A stretch of DNA of 64,000 nt from a virus (Duplodnaviria; Caudoviricetes): IMG/VR virus record IMGVR_UViG_3300020420_000671. One strand, written 5' to 3'. Under the pieces are notes generated by a model. The model was not told the DNA's origin. It made no database searches and saw only the letters and a list, made by a program, of their open reading frames with translations. A program made the translations under genes and the position numbers. Positions 34,194 through 42,533 of the stretch are shown here, in pieces (within the stretch, counting starts at the first letter, position 1; each line of letters starts with the position of its first letter).

Positions 34194-34222
34194 TTGACAG
34201 TTGTATGGATAGATGTTAAAGT
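34194..34222 (+). promoter_or_regulatory. Sigma70-type promoter for tRNA-Trp
   Basis: TTGACA-17-TAAAGT. Confidence 0.65.
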
Positions 34223-34233
34223 TTAAAAACATT

Positions 34234-34308
34234 ATGGGTGTAGTGTTAATGGTAGCACGTCGGTCTCCAAAACCGAAAGTAGGGGTTCAAATCCTCTCAC
34301 CTATGCCA
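34234..34308 (+). tRNA. tRNA-Trp(CCA)
   Basis: ATGGGTG/CACCTAT acceptor stem, anticodon arm TCGGT-CTCCAAA-ACCGA, GTTCAAATC T-loop, encoded CCA. Confidence 0.95.
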
Positions 34309-34330
34309 ACTGAAGGAGTAAATAGAACGT

Positions 34331-34816
34331 ATGAAAATATTCGGAAAAAAGTTAGAAGACTTTTACAAATGGGTAAAAGGCACAGAACTTGTAATACTAG
34401 AAGACATTGATGTTAAAGAAGATCCTGTGAGACCAGAACTAACTTTAGAATGGCGTAAGGAATACGGTAGACAAATATACGGTTTAAAATATGAAGACAG
34501 CATAGAAGGAGTAGTATGTGTTGCTTATACTAAAGGCGTTCCCTATAGTGTTCGAGAACTTGAATTGATGAGTGAGAATGCCAATATGAAAAGTGATGCT
34601 GATACTGCCGTTGCTTATACAGTATGGTCACGTAAGAGGGGTGCTGGTAAGGAAATTATAGCTAAACTGTTGGAACATGTTCAAAAAAAGACCGAACTAA
34701 AACGTATGGTCACACTTTCACCTTTGACCCCTATGGCAACACACTTTCACATAAGAAATGGTGCCAAATTGATAAAACATAACCCGGATACACAAAATTT
34801 CGAGTACAAACTGTAA
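34331..34816 (+). CDS. Hypothetical protein with GNAT-like C-terminal motif
   Basis: AYTVWSRKRGAGKEII...VTLSP...HFHIRNGA. Confidence 0.6.
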   Translation: MKIFGKKLEDFYKWVKGTELVILEDIDVKEDPVRPELTLEWRKEYGRQIYGLKYEDSIEGVVCVAYTKGVPYSVRELELMSENANMKSDADTAVAYTVWSRKRGAGKEIIAKLLEHVQKKTELKRMVTLSPLTPMATHFHIRNGAKLIKHNPDTQNFEYKL

Positions 34817-34887
34817 ATACGGTTAAATCGACCAAAAATTTCTACAATTAACTACAGCTTTAATTGGCAAATCACCCACCAAAAAAG

Positions 34888-34916
34888 TTGACAAACTGAT
34901 TAAATATTGTTATAAT
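34888..34916 (+). promoter_or_regulatory. Consensus sigma70 promoter
   Basis: TTGACA-17-TATAAT. Confidence 0.85.
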
Positions 34917-34945
34917 ATATTTAATTATTCATAGCGGAGATCAGA

Positions 34946-35431
34946 ATGCATATTACTACTAGAGGCGGTTCAAAAACACAGAAGAAATATGTCAAAAGCA
35001 TGGCTGATTTCTGTGGTGAAAAATTACTTGGTTCAAGATTATATCCAAAAATTGAATTGAGAATAGAACTTGTTAAAGACCTAATGAAAAAAGAAAAGAT
35101 CTATGGTGATGCTATTTGGGAAGACGATGAACGTTATCCAAAAGAGTTCCATATCAGAGCAGATGCTTCGCAACCTTTAAGACGTGTGTTAGAAACTATA
35201 GCACACGAAATGGTACATGTCAAACAGTATGCTAAGAATGAATTACATGAATACACAATGAAAAAAGGACATAGATATAAAGGAAAATTCTTTTCTGATA
35301 AACTAGATTACTGGGATGAGCCATGGGAAATAGAAGCTCATGGTAGAGAAACTGGTTTGTTTGTACGTTGGGCAGAAAAAAATAAACTTGGTAAAAGAAA
35401 ATGGACCCAAGATCCTGGAGAAGCCCAATAG
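34946..35431 (+). CDS. Zn-metallopeptidase-like protein (HExxH)
   Basis: ETIAHEMVHVKQY...PWEIEA. Confidence 0.75.
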   Translation: MHITTRGGSKTQKKYVKSMADFCGEKLLGSRLYPKIELRIELVKDLMKKEKIYGDAIWEDDERYPKEFHIRADASQPLRRVLETIAHEMVHVKQYAKNELHEYTMKKGHRYKGKFFSDKLDYWDEPWEIEAHGRETGLFVRWAEKNKLGKRKWTQDPGEAQ

Positions 35432-35435
35432 AAGC

Positions 35436-35528
35436 ATGGATATACTTCTTGCTTTTCTTCCGCTAATTGGTATTTACGGATTTGTAATTTGGTTACTGGT
35501 TATGTGGAACAACGAAAAAATCTCTTGA
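35436..35528 (+). CDS. 30-aa single-TM peptide
   Basis: MDILLAFLPLIGIYGFVIWLLVMWNNEKIS. Confidence 0.4.
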   Translation: MDILLAFLPLIGIYGFVIWLLVMWNNEKIS

Positions 35529-35553
35529 CAAATTAGCTTTTCTTTGTTATATT
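35525..35553 (+). promoter_or_regulatory. Sigma70-type promoter
   Basis: TTGACA-17-TATATT. Confidence 0.7.
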
Positions 35554-35586
35554 AGTAGTATGACATTTATAACAAAAGAGGCACCC

Positions 35587-36273
35587 GTGACACAGGCAAT
35601 CCAAACACAAACTGCTTTGGCAGTAGCATTTATGGCAGATAGACTCAATAAAGGCTATATCAAAGAAACAAGAAGATTTTCAGAAGATACGCCAACACAA
35701 TTTGCTAACAAAGAAATTGTAAAATTTTATTTTAACGAAGAGCATAGCTTTACACCAGAGGATTACGTGAAGGCTATTCCTACAGATGAAGACTTTGATA
35801 GTGTAGATTTAGCCCTTACACATTTCAAAAGATATTCCATGGAATTACTAGGCGACGGCTTATCTGATTTCCAAAAGAGTGTGTTTGGTTCTATTCAAGG
35901 TACAACTGTACAGAAAAATCAACTAGGACTAGTTTCTTATGTTCCTGAGTTAGTAAGAAGAGAAATATCAGACGCAAAGCTCAAAAAATTATTAAGAATA
36001 GAGTACAGAGATAGCAAACCAATTGGTCAGCATGGTGAAGGATGTTATGGTAACCTTAAGATACTAGACAGAAAATGGAGCCAAAACTGGGAAAGCTATA
36101 ACTATGTTGCTGACTTTGGAGGTAACATTGTAAGTTTTATGAATAAAATTAAATTTAATATAGATCAAAGATTGAACTTCAAAGCCAAAATAAAAGCACA
36201 TCAAGAAAATAATTTGTTTAAAGTTCAAGAGACAAGATTGAACTATCTGAGAATTACGAAAAATGCAAAATAA
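35587..36273 (+). CDS. Hypothetical phage protein
   Basis: GTG 35587 with SD GAGG (alternative ATG 35560). Confidence 0.65.
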   Translation: MTQAIQTQTALAVAFMADRLNKGYIKETRRFSEDTPTQFANKEIVKFYFNEEHSFTPEDYVKAIPTDEDFDSVDLALTHFKRYSMELLGDGLSDFQKSVFGSIQGTTVQKNQLGLVSYVPELVRREISDAKLKKLLRIEYRDSKPIGQHGEGCYGNLKILDRKWSQNWESYNYVADFGGNIVSFMNKIKFNIDQRLNFKAKIKAHQENNLFKVQETRLNYLRITKNAK

Positions 36274-36760
36274 CATTAAAATTATTAATGAGACAACTTT
36301 ACAAAAAATAGGTTTTAGAACTGACCTTGATGAAAAATGGGTTGAAGCTTACACAAAATTATCTAGACTTGAGCCTATGTTAGTAAATGTAACCAAGGTT
36401 CAAAGCAATATCATCACAATGGAAAATCTTACAAAAAGTCATGAGATGTCATTTAGAATGTTTTTGGACACTATGATAGCAAACTCTACAGAAACAAACC
36501 AAAATTTTATATCCAATTTCTTTACTTTAATCAAAAACTTGTGTATATTCGCTGAAAAGTATAACTTTTTCCACAACGACTTAAACGATGCTAATATACT
36601 GATAGATAGTAAAGGAAATATTAAACTTGTCGATCCTGACTCATTTGTCTTTATTAATAAGTTTGAGAGGTATAGATGTCAATGGAAATATACACAAATA
36701 ACAAAAGAATTTTTTGATGCTTTTTTTGAAAGGAAATATCATGAAACCTACGTACGATAA
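36263..36760 (+). CDS. Minimal protein-kinase-like (APH/RIO-type) protein
   Basis: FFHNDLNDANILID...IKLVDPDS catalytic and Mg-binding loops. Confidence 0.7.
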   Translation: MQNNIKIINETTLQKIGFRTDLDEKWVEAYTKLSRLEPMLVNVTKVQSNIITMENLTKSHEMSFRMFLDTMIANSTETNQNFISNFFTLIKNLCIFAEKYNFFHNDLNDANILIDSKGNIKLVDPDSFVFINKFERYRCQWKYTQITKEFFDAFFERKYHETYVR

Positions 36761-36974
36761 CAAATGTATGATTACCTGTACAGACAACGATAATGTTGCT
36801 GAAGCAGAAGTTGATAGATTTGAAGAAAAGAAATTTTTAGATGTATTTTTAGCACAAAATAAAATACACATGGAATGGAACGGTAAAGTGTTTGTGGGCA
36901 ATAAACTAGGAATGGAATTCACAACACCAGGACCAGAAGAATTAGCAATACTGAAAGGAAGAGGAGATGCCTAA
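36741..36974 (+). CDS. Hypothetical phage protein
   Basis: SD AAGGA before ATG 36741. Confidence 0.6.
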   Translation: MKPTYDNKCMITCTDNDNVAEAEVDRFEEKKFLDVFLAQNKIHMEWNGKVFVGNKLGMEFTTPGPEELAILKGRGDA

Positions 36975-37551
36975 TCTAGTACCAGTCATTATAGAAAAAG
37001 AAGCAAGAGGAGAAAGAAGCTACGACATATATAGTAGACTTCTCAAGGACAGAATCATTATGTTAGACACTGATGTGAATAGCACCAGTGCCAGTTTAAT
37101 TGTAGCACAGATGCTTTTCTTAGAATCAACATCTCCTGGAAAACCTATTAATTTTTATATTAATTCACCAGGTGGTAGTGTAACTGCTGGAATGAGCATA
37201 TATGACACAATGCAATTTATAAAATCACCAATACATACAACAGTGATGGGAATTGCGGCAAGTATGGGAAGTTTTCTTGCTATGGCAGGAGAGCCAGGTA
37301 AAAGAGCGATATTACCTCATGCTAGACACATGATTCATCAGCCTAGTGGAGGAGCATCTGGACAGGCAAGTGATGTTGAGATAAGATACAAAGAATTACA
37401 GTATTGGAAAGAAACACTCACTGACTTGTATGTGAAACACATAGGTTTAGATAGAGAAAAGGTAGCCAAAGACATGGATAGAGATTTCTTTATGAGTGCT
37501 CAGGAATCTATCGATTATGGGTTAGCAGATTACATAGCAGAGAAAAAATAA
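36967..37551 (+). CDS. clpP: ATP-dependent Clp protease proteolytic subunit
   Basis: [26 protein letters not shown] (Ser), MIHQP (His), DRDFF (Asp). Confidence 0.96.
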   Translation: MPNLVPVIIEKEARGERSYDIYSRLLKDRIIMLDTDVNSTSASLIVAQMLFLESTSPGKPINFYINSPGGSVTAGMSIYDTMQFIKSPIHTTVMGIAASMGSFLAMAGEPGKRAILPHARHMIHQPSGGASGQASDVEIRYKELQYWKETLTDLYVKHIGLDREKVAKDMDRDFFMSAQESIDYGLADYIAEKK

Positions 37552-37694
37552 TGGATAAGAAACATTGGGAACAAATAGAAAAAGAAAACGAATATATCAT
37601 GGAGAGAATGCATCCAGCAGTAATGATACCTGGATTCTTCATAGGAATTATGGTTTTAGTAGGATGCCTATTTAAAGGATACATGGGGTGGTAA
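37551..37694 (+). CDS. 47-aa membrane peptide
   Basis: Coupled on both sides (TAATG); MHPAVMIPGFFIGIMVLVGCLF. Confidence 0.5.
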   Translation: MDKKHWEQIEKENEYIMERMHPAVMIPGFFIGIMVLVGCLFKGYMGW

Positions 37695-38125
37695 TGAAAA
37701 TTAAATTAGACTTAGAAAAAGTGAATAGCAAACTGCATTGGACAACATTGTACAGTGAAAAAATATTGCTGGCGGTGATAGGAACATTAACTATGTTAGC
37801 GGCCGGCATGGATATTTATAAAATGGTGTTAACACTTAATATTACACTTGCGGATTTATTTTTACTTTTTATCTATGCGGAAATCGTAGGTATGGTAGGA
37901 GCATTTTATATCAGTAATAGGATACCTGTTACTTTGCCAATTGTTATTGCTATGACGGCATTATGTAGATTAATAGTGCTACACAGTAAAGATGCTGATC
38001 CGTGGGTGCTTATCGCAGAAGCAGGTGCTATTTTAGTATTAGGTGGAGCCGCTTATATAATGAGCTACAAGGATAAATTGAGTTTGGAAAAAGAACAGTT
38101 AAGGAAACAAAATGAATCTAGTTAA
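37694..38125 (+). CDS. psiE: Phosphate-starvation-inducible PsiE family membrane protein
   Basis: LADLFLLFIYAEIVGMV..FY...RIPVTLPIVIAMTALCRLIVL. Confidence 0.85.
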   Translation: MKIKLDLEKVNSKLHWTTLYSEKILLAVIGTLTMLAAGMDIYKMVLTLNITLADLFLLFIYAEIVGMVGAFYISNRIPVTLPIVIAMTALCRLIVLHSKDADPWVLIAEAGAILVLGGAAYIMSYKDKLSLEKEQLRKQNESS

Positions 38126-38399
38126 AGAAAAAGTTGCTGAAATGAAAGGTATTCCAGAAGAGAAGGAACTTGTGGAAGCATTACAAAAGGCAATATTTGA
38201 AATCACGTTTAATAAGTTGGACGGCGAAGAAAGAATTATGACATGTACGAAAATTACAGATATGATTCCAGAAGATAAAAGACCAAAAACAGATAAGCCT
38301 GGTAAAGAAGGTACTATTACTGTTTGGGATATTAAAGCTGATGGATGGCGAAGTTTTCGTTACGACCGTGTTACTAAGGCAGTAGCATGTGTGTTCTAA
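38112..38399 (+). CDS. SH3/WYL_2-like small phage protein
   Basis: ITFNKLDGEERIMTCT...VWDIKADGWRSFRYDRV. Confidence 0.75.
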   Translation: MNLVKEKVAEMKGIPEEKELVEALQKAIFEITFNKLDGEERIMTCTKITDMIPEDKRPKTDKPGKEGTITVWDIKADGWRSFRYDRVTKAVACVF

Positions 38400-38402
38400 A
38401 GA

Positions 38403-38479
38403 CTTCTCGTAGCTCAGCTGGATAGAGCGTCGGTTTGCGGAACCGGAGGCCACAGGTTCGAATCCTGTCGGGAAGGCCA
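38403..38479 (+). tRNA. tRNA-Arg(GCG)
   Basis: CTTCTCG/CGGGAAG acceptor stem; anticodon arm TCGGT-TTGCGGA-ACCGG, anticodon 38437-38439; A20-type D-loop; GTTCGAATC; CCA. Confidence 0.92.
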
Positions 38480-38494
38480 TTATAAGGAGATAAA

Positions 38495-38758
38495 ATGACT
38501 AAAAAGAATAAAGATTTTTCCGGTAACTTAATTAGGATATCAATACTGGAGAAAGAAATAGAGTTTGCTAGAAGCCAACTACAACCACATGATACTGGAC
38601 ATATTCATACAGCCATAAGCTGGTTAGAATCAAGACTAAATCATTTGAAAGGTATTAAAGAAGAAGAAATAGATTATCCTGATGGATATTCAAATGAATG
38701 GCGACAGCAACAACAAGATCCAAGACATAATCAATCTGCTTTTAAAGGAAACATTTAG
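38495..38758 (+). CDS. Hypothetical phage protein
   Basis: SD AAGGAG; RSQLQPHDTGHIHTAISWL. Confidence 0.65.
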   Translation: MTKKNKDFSGNLIRISILEKEIEFARSQLQPHDTGHIHTAISWLESRLNHLKGIKEEEIDYPDGYSNEWRQQQQDPRHNQSAFKGNI

Positions 38759-39348
38759 TGAACAACACTTTTAACAATGTTTTTCCTACACTAGTTGGCA
38801 CTTTTGAATTAAAAACTGTCAACAACGAAACACTTATGAACAAGATGGACATGGCAGGTAACGTAGGGCATGGACTGATAGAAAATGGAGTAAGCAGTTA
38901 TGTTGGTGGAGAAGATTGTTTCTTAACAAGATTGAATATTGAAGACTTAAAAAAAGAAATACTATATCATTTGAATGAATACTGTTTTCAAGCAGGTATT
39001 GCTCCTAACTATATCATAAACAGTTGGGCTAATGTGCTTGAACAACAGGGATTAGTAAAAAGGCATAGGCATGAAAAATCAATCATTAGTGGTGCTTACT
39101 ATCCGAATGATAGTGATGCTAATTTAATTTTAGAAAATCCTAATACAATATTTCAAATGACACAAACGAATGTAAACGATAGCATTTACAATTCAGAAAA
39201 AATTTCAATTAAACCTAAGGCAGGTTTGTTGGTAATGTGGCCTAGTCACATCTATCATTATACAGAAAGCAATGATAAAAATAAAAGATACACGGTAAGT
39301 TTTAATACTTTAGACGAATCTTACAAAAGTGCACTAAATAGAAGATAA
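38758..39348 (+). CDS. 2OG-Fe(II) oxygenase (TIGR02466-like)
   Basis: SWANV...HRHE...SGAYYP...WPSHIYHYT..N...RYTVSFN. Confidence 0.85.
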   Translation: MNNTFNNVFPTLVGTFELKTVNNETLMNKMDMAGNVGHGLIENGVSSYVGGEDCFLTRLNIEDLKKEILYHLNEYCFQAGIAPNYIINSWANVLEQQGLVKRHRHEKSIISGAYYPNDSDANLILENPNTIFQMTQTNVNDSIYNSEKISIKPKAGLLVMWPSHIYHYTESNDKNKRYTVSFNTLDESYKSALNRR

Positions 39349-39377
39349 TTTAGATTAATCAGTAAAGGAGTAAAATT

Positions 39378-39578
39378 ATGTTAGCAGGATTTATAGTCAT
39401 GGTCACCGCGTTGTGGTCAATGGACAACAAGGAATATATAGATACAATGAACGAACAACTTGCCAAAGGATATAGTTGGGAACAGATAGAGTGTAGAGCT
39501 CCAACACCAGGAGTACCACATATTGCTATTGAGACTCCTTTAGGCAATAAGTATGTCTGTAACAAGCTAATCAAGTAA
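39378..39578 (+). CDS. Small membrane-anchored hypothetical protein
   Basis: SD AAGGAG; N-terminal TM; two Cys. Confidence 0.6.
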   Translation: MLAGFIVMVTALWSMDNKEYIDTMNEQLAKGYSWEQIECRAPTPGVPHIAIETPLGNKYVCNKLIK

Positions 39579-39579
39579 T

Positions 39580-39655
39580 GCTGGCATAGCTCAGCTGGTA
39601 GAGCAACTGATTTGTAATCAGTAGGTCCGCGGTTCGAATCCGTGTGCCAGCACCA
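39580..39655 (+). tRNA. tRNA-Thr(TGT)
   Basis: GCTGGCA/TGCCAGC acceptor stem; ACTGA-TTTGTAA-TCAGT anticodon arm; CCA. Confidence 0.96.
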
Positions 39656-39874
39656 TTAATGGTCATAGACGTGCGGACCATCCTGTGTCTTAATAGGTTT
39701 ACAATAAGCAGTCACTCTGTGTTCTAGAGGAACTAAATTGCTATAGGAATAGTTTCCATACTGTCTTGGAATGCGTTGAGCATAGTATTGACAAACATCT
39801 ATACTTCTAAATATCATAGGATCTTTCTGTTGGGTCTCGCCTATCAAGACCACTAAGAGAAAGGCGTGGATCAT
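39656..39874 (-). CDS. Small Cys-pair family protein
   Basis: MIHAFLLVVLIG...FRSIDVC...TAYCKP; stop codon abuts the tRNA-Thr CCA. Confidence 0.6.
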   Translation of the reverse strand: MIHAFLLVVLIGETQQKDPMIFRSIDVCQYYAQRIPRQYGNYSYSNLVPLEHRVTAYCKPIKTQDGPHVYDH

Positions 39875-40350
39875 TAGTAGCCTCTATTTACGTAAAGATA
39901 TGCTATTCCGATTACAAAGCCACATATGGTTACCCCCAACAAAATAACCGCACATATTTCTAACACCTTTTGTCTACGTTCTTCTTGAGCATAAATCATT
40001 GCCTGACGTTTTTTACGTATGTCACCTTCGGTCTTTAGAAGTTCATCCCAGGCACTTAATCCACGTGTCATTATTATTATCTGTTTCAATTGGTCCCGCA
40101 TGTCTTCTGCTTTTTTCTTTGCCATAAAGACTGCCATGGCTTCTTCTTCTACCGAACCTGAAGCAAATAATTTTTTAAATAATGGAGGTTTTTTGTTGTA
40201 TTCTTCAGCTTTCTTAATATCAGAAACACAATTCATCCAACGGCCTAAATCTCCTGCCATAGACTCTATGTCTCGGCCGACCGAAAATCCTGCTTTGATG
40301 GTGTTGAAAGCGGCTGTGGCCCCTGCCAATGCGGTTACTGGATCTATCAA
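39874..40350 (-). CDS. Hypothetical protein with C-terminal TM helix
   Basis: TTG start; DPVTALAGATAAFNTIKAG...; hydrophobic C-terminus. Confidence 0.7.
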   Translation of the reverse strand: MIDPVTALAGATAAFNTIKAGFSVGRDIESMAGDLGRWMNCVSDIKKAEEYNKKPPLFKKLFASGSVEEEAMAVFMAKKKAEDMRDQLKQIIIMTRGLSAWDELLKTEGDIRKKRQAMIYAQEERRQKVLEICAVILLGVTICGFVIGIAYLYVNRGY

Positions 40351-40444
40351 TTTATTAGCCCTATTCTGTAACTTGTGGCCCTACTTTGGGTCTTCAAAGT
40401 ATTTATATGATAACCGTTTTGGTTATATAAGTATAAAATAATGG

Positions 40445-40473
40445 TTGACTAATAAAGTGCAAGATGTTATTAT
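40445..40473 (+). promoter_or_regulatory. Sigma70-type promoter overlapping an inverted TGCACTTTATTA motif
   Basis: TTGACT-17-TATTAT. Confidence 0.55.
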
Positions 40474-40502
40474 TAGTTATAATTAAATTTTGAGAGGCAC
40501 AA

Positions 40503-41840
40503 ATGAGAACACAACCACAAGAAGTTATTACAAAATTAGAGGCAGATAATTCAAGGCTAGCAAAAGAATTGGTTTTGGCAGGAGCCATGAACGAAGGATT
40601 GGATGAATTTTTTGAAGGAGTCAAAATGGCACTTGATCCTTTATATACTTTTGGTGTAAAGAAGGTTCCAGAATCCAAAGTTGATGGACAAGGACTTAAA
40701 TGGGAAGTATTTAAAAAACTAGCAGACCAATTACATGACAGAGAACTTACAGGACATGATGCCAGAGATGCTATTCTGCTAACAAGAGACATAGCAACAA
40801 TAGAGCAATGGAATAAGTTTTATAGAAGAATTTTAATTAAAGATCTACGTTGTGGAGTCAGTGAAAAAACTGTAAACAAGGTAGCAAAGGATTTCCCACA
40901 GTATTCAATTCCAATTTTTACTTGTCCACTAGCACACGATTCAGCTAATCATGAAAAGAAAATGATTGGTAAGAAACAGGTAGAGGTAAAACTTGACGGT
41001 GTTAGGGTAATTACTATTATACAAGGTGATACAAGCCATGGTAATTTTAGCAGGGTAGAGATGTTTAGCAGAAATGGAAAACAGTTTCATAACTTTGGAC
41101 ATATCATTTCCGAAATAGAAGAAGTGATAAAAGATAATCCTCCACCATATGATTTGGTTTTGGACGGAGAAGTAATGAGTGCTAACTTCCAAGACCTTAT
41201 GAAACAGGTTCATAGAAAGAGTGGTGGTGTTGCCAAAGACGCAGTTCTACATTTATTTGATATGTGTCCATTATCCGAATTCCAAAAAGGTGTTTGGGAC
41301 AAGCCACAGTCATTTAGAAGCCAAGCAGTTAAGGCTTGGGTAGACCAGCATAGAAGCATTTTAAAGCACGTACAAACACTGGATTGGGAAGATGTGAACT
41401 TAGATACCCAAGAAGGTCAAGATCGCTTTGTAGAGCTTAATAAAGCGGCTGTAGACGGTGGTTATGAGGGGGTTATGATCAAAGATCCTGAAGCTGTCTA
41501 TGAATGTAAAAGAACACATAGTTGGTTGAAGGCAAAACCATTTATTGAAGTAACATTAAAGGTAGTTGCGGTTGAAGAAGGCACAGGCCGTAATGAAGGT
41601 AGATTGGGTGCCGTAATATTAGAAGGAGAAGATGATGGATACAATTATAGCCTTAACTGTGGGAGCGGCTTCACTGATGCTCAACGTGATGAGTACTGGA
41701 CTGAACGTGATAGTCTCATTGGTCAGCTAGTAGAAGTAAGGGCTGATGCTAGAACGCAGTCTCAAGATTCTGAAACGTATAGTCTCAGGTTCCCAAGATT
41801 CAAGTGCTTCCGAGGTTTCGAAGCAGGCGAAAAAGTTTAA
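40503..41840 (+). CDS. lig: ATP-dependent DNA ligase (T4 gp30-like)
   Basis: EVKLDGVR (KxDG), VLDGE, YEGVMIKD, Y..KR...WLKAK, RFPRF. Confidence 0.95.
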   Translation: MRTQPQEVITKLEADNSRLAKELVLAGAMNEGLDEFFEGVKMALDPLYTFGVKKVPESKVDGQGLKWEVFKKLADQLHDRELTGHDARDAILLTRDIATIEQWNKFYRRILIKDLRCGVSEKTVNKVAKDFPQYSIPIFTCPLAHDSANHEKKMIGKKQVEVKLDGVRVITIIQGDTSHGNFSRVEMFSRNGKQFHNFGHIISEIEEVIKDNPPPYDLVLDGEVMSANFQDLMKQVHRKSGGVAKDAVLHLFDMCPLSEFQKGVWDKPQSFRSQAVKAWVDQHRSILKHVQTLDWEDVNLDTQEGQDRFVELNKAAVDGGYEGVMIKDPEAVYECKRTHSWLKAKPFIEVTLKVVAVEEGTGRNEGRLGAVILEGEDDGYNYSLNCGSGFTDAQRDEYWTERDSLIGQLVEVRADARTQSQDSETYSLRFPRFKCFRGFEAGEKV

Positions 41841-41932
41841 TCCTCGCGAACGTAAGGACGGCGAAAAAATGACGGACAAAGAAAAAATGGACGCAGGATA
41901 CAAGGGTAAAACATTCACAATTAACGGTATAG

Positions 41933-42136
41933 ATGGAGATTTTTGATATGTATTGGTTAGTAGTTGTGTTAAGTATAGGAGGATATCCAGAAATGAATTT
42001 ACAGTTTGAATTCAGTAGAAGTTATTATTGTAATTTAGCTAAAGATAAATTTATACAAGCAGATCCGCCTACTATGAAAATTGGAGGTAAGAGTGTATCT
42101 TCAAAGATTAAGAGTATTGAGTGCGAAAAAAGATAA
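41933..42136 (+). CDS. Small Cys-pair family protein
   Basis: MYWLVVVLSIG...FSRSYYC...IECEK. Confidence 0.5.
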   Translation: MEIFDMYWLVVVLSIGGYPEMNLQFEFSRSYYCNLAKDKFIQADPPTMKIGGKSVSSKIKSIECEKR

Positions 42137-42152
42137 TTGAAAGGGTTTTAAA

Positions 42153-42533
42153 ATGAGGAGATTTATTTACGATTGTTGGAATCATATAATGGATGCTGAG
42201 GTTAATCCATTAAGACACATTCCAGATTTAAATGTTAGACACATGATTATGCAGGTTTTAGCTTTTATGTGGTCAGCAGTATTTTCAATTGCCATAGCAG
42301 ACAGTATTATGGCATTTGGTATAAGTGCTATGGTACACGTATTTTTTGTTGCGGCTGTGGTAATAACGGTAGCAACATTCAAAGTGGCAGAATATAAACC
42401 GGGTGTGTTCACTTGGAGAACAGGCTACCATTCTCATGGTAGAGGTAGAACATATACAATTTATAGGGATAAAAAAGGGAATGCCCATAAGGTAGAATTA
42501 CCTGAAGGTGATCCCGGCGGTGAGCATGAATGA
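42153..42533 (+). CDS. Membrane hypothetical protein
   Basis: Two TM helices; NPLRHIPD...RHMIMQVLAFMWS. Confidence 0.65.
   Translation: MRRFIYDCWNHIMDAEVNPLRHIPDLNVRHMIMQVLAFMWSAVFSIAIADSIMAFGISAMVHVFFVAAVVITVATFKVAEYKPGVFTWRTGYHSHGRGRTYTIYRDKKGNAHKVELPEGDPGGEHE

Noticed and set aside
34213-34410. 65-aa ORF in the track
   Set aside because: Overlaps tRNA-Trp entirely
38181-38480. 99-aa minus-strand ORF (MAFPTGFEPV...)
   Set aside because: Antisense translation of tRNA-Arg and the upstream gene
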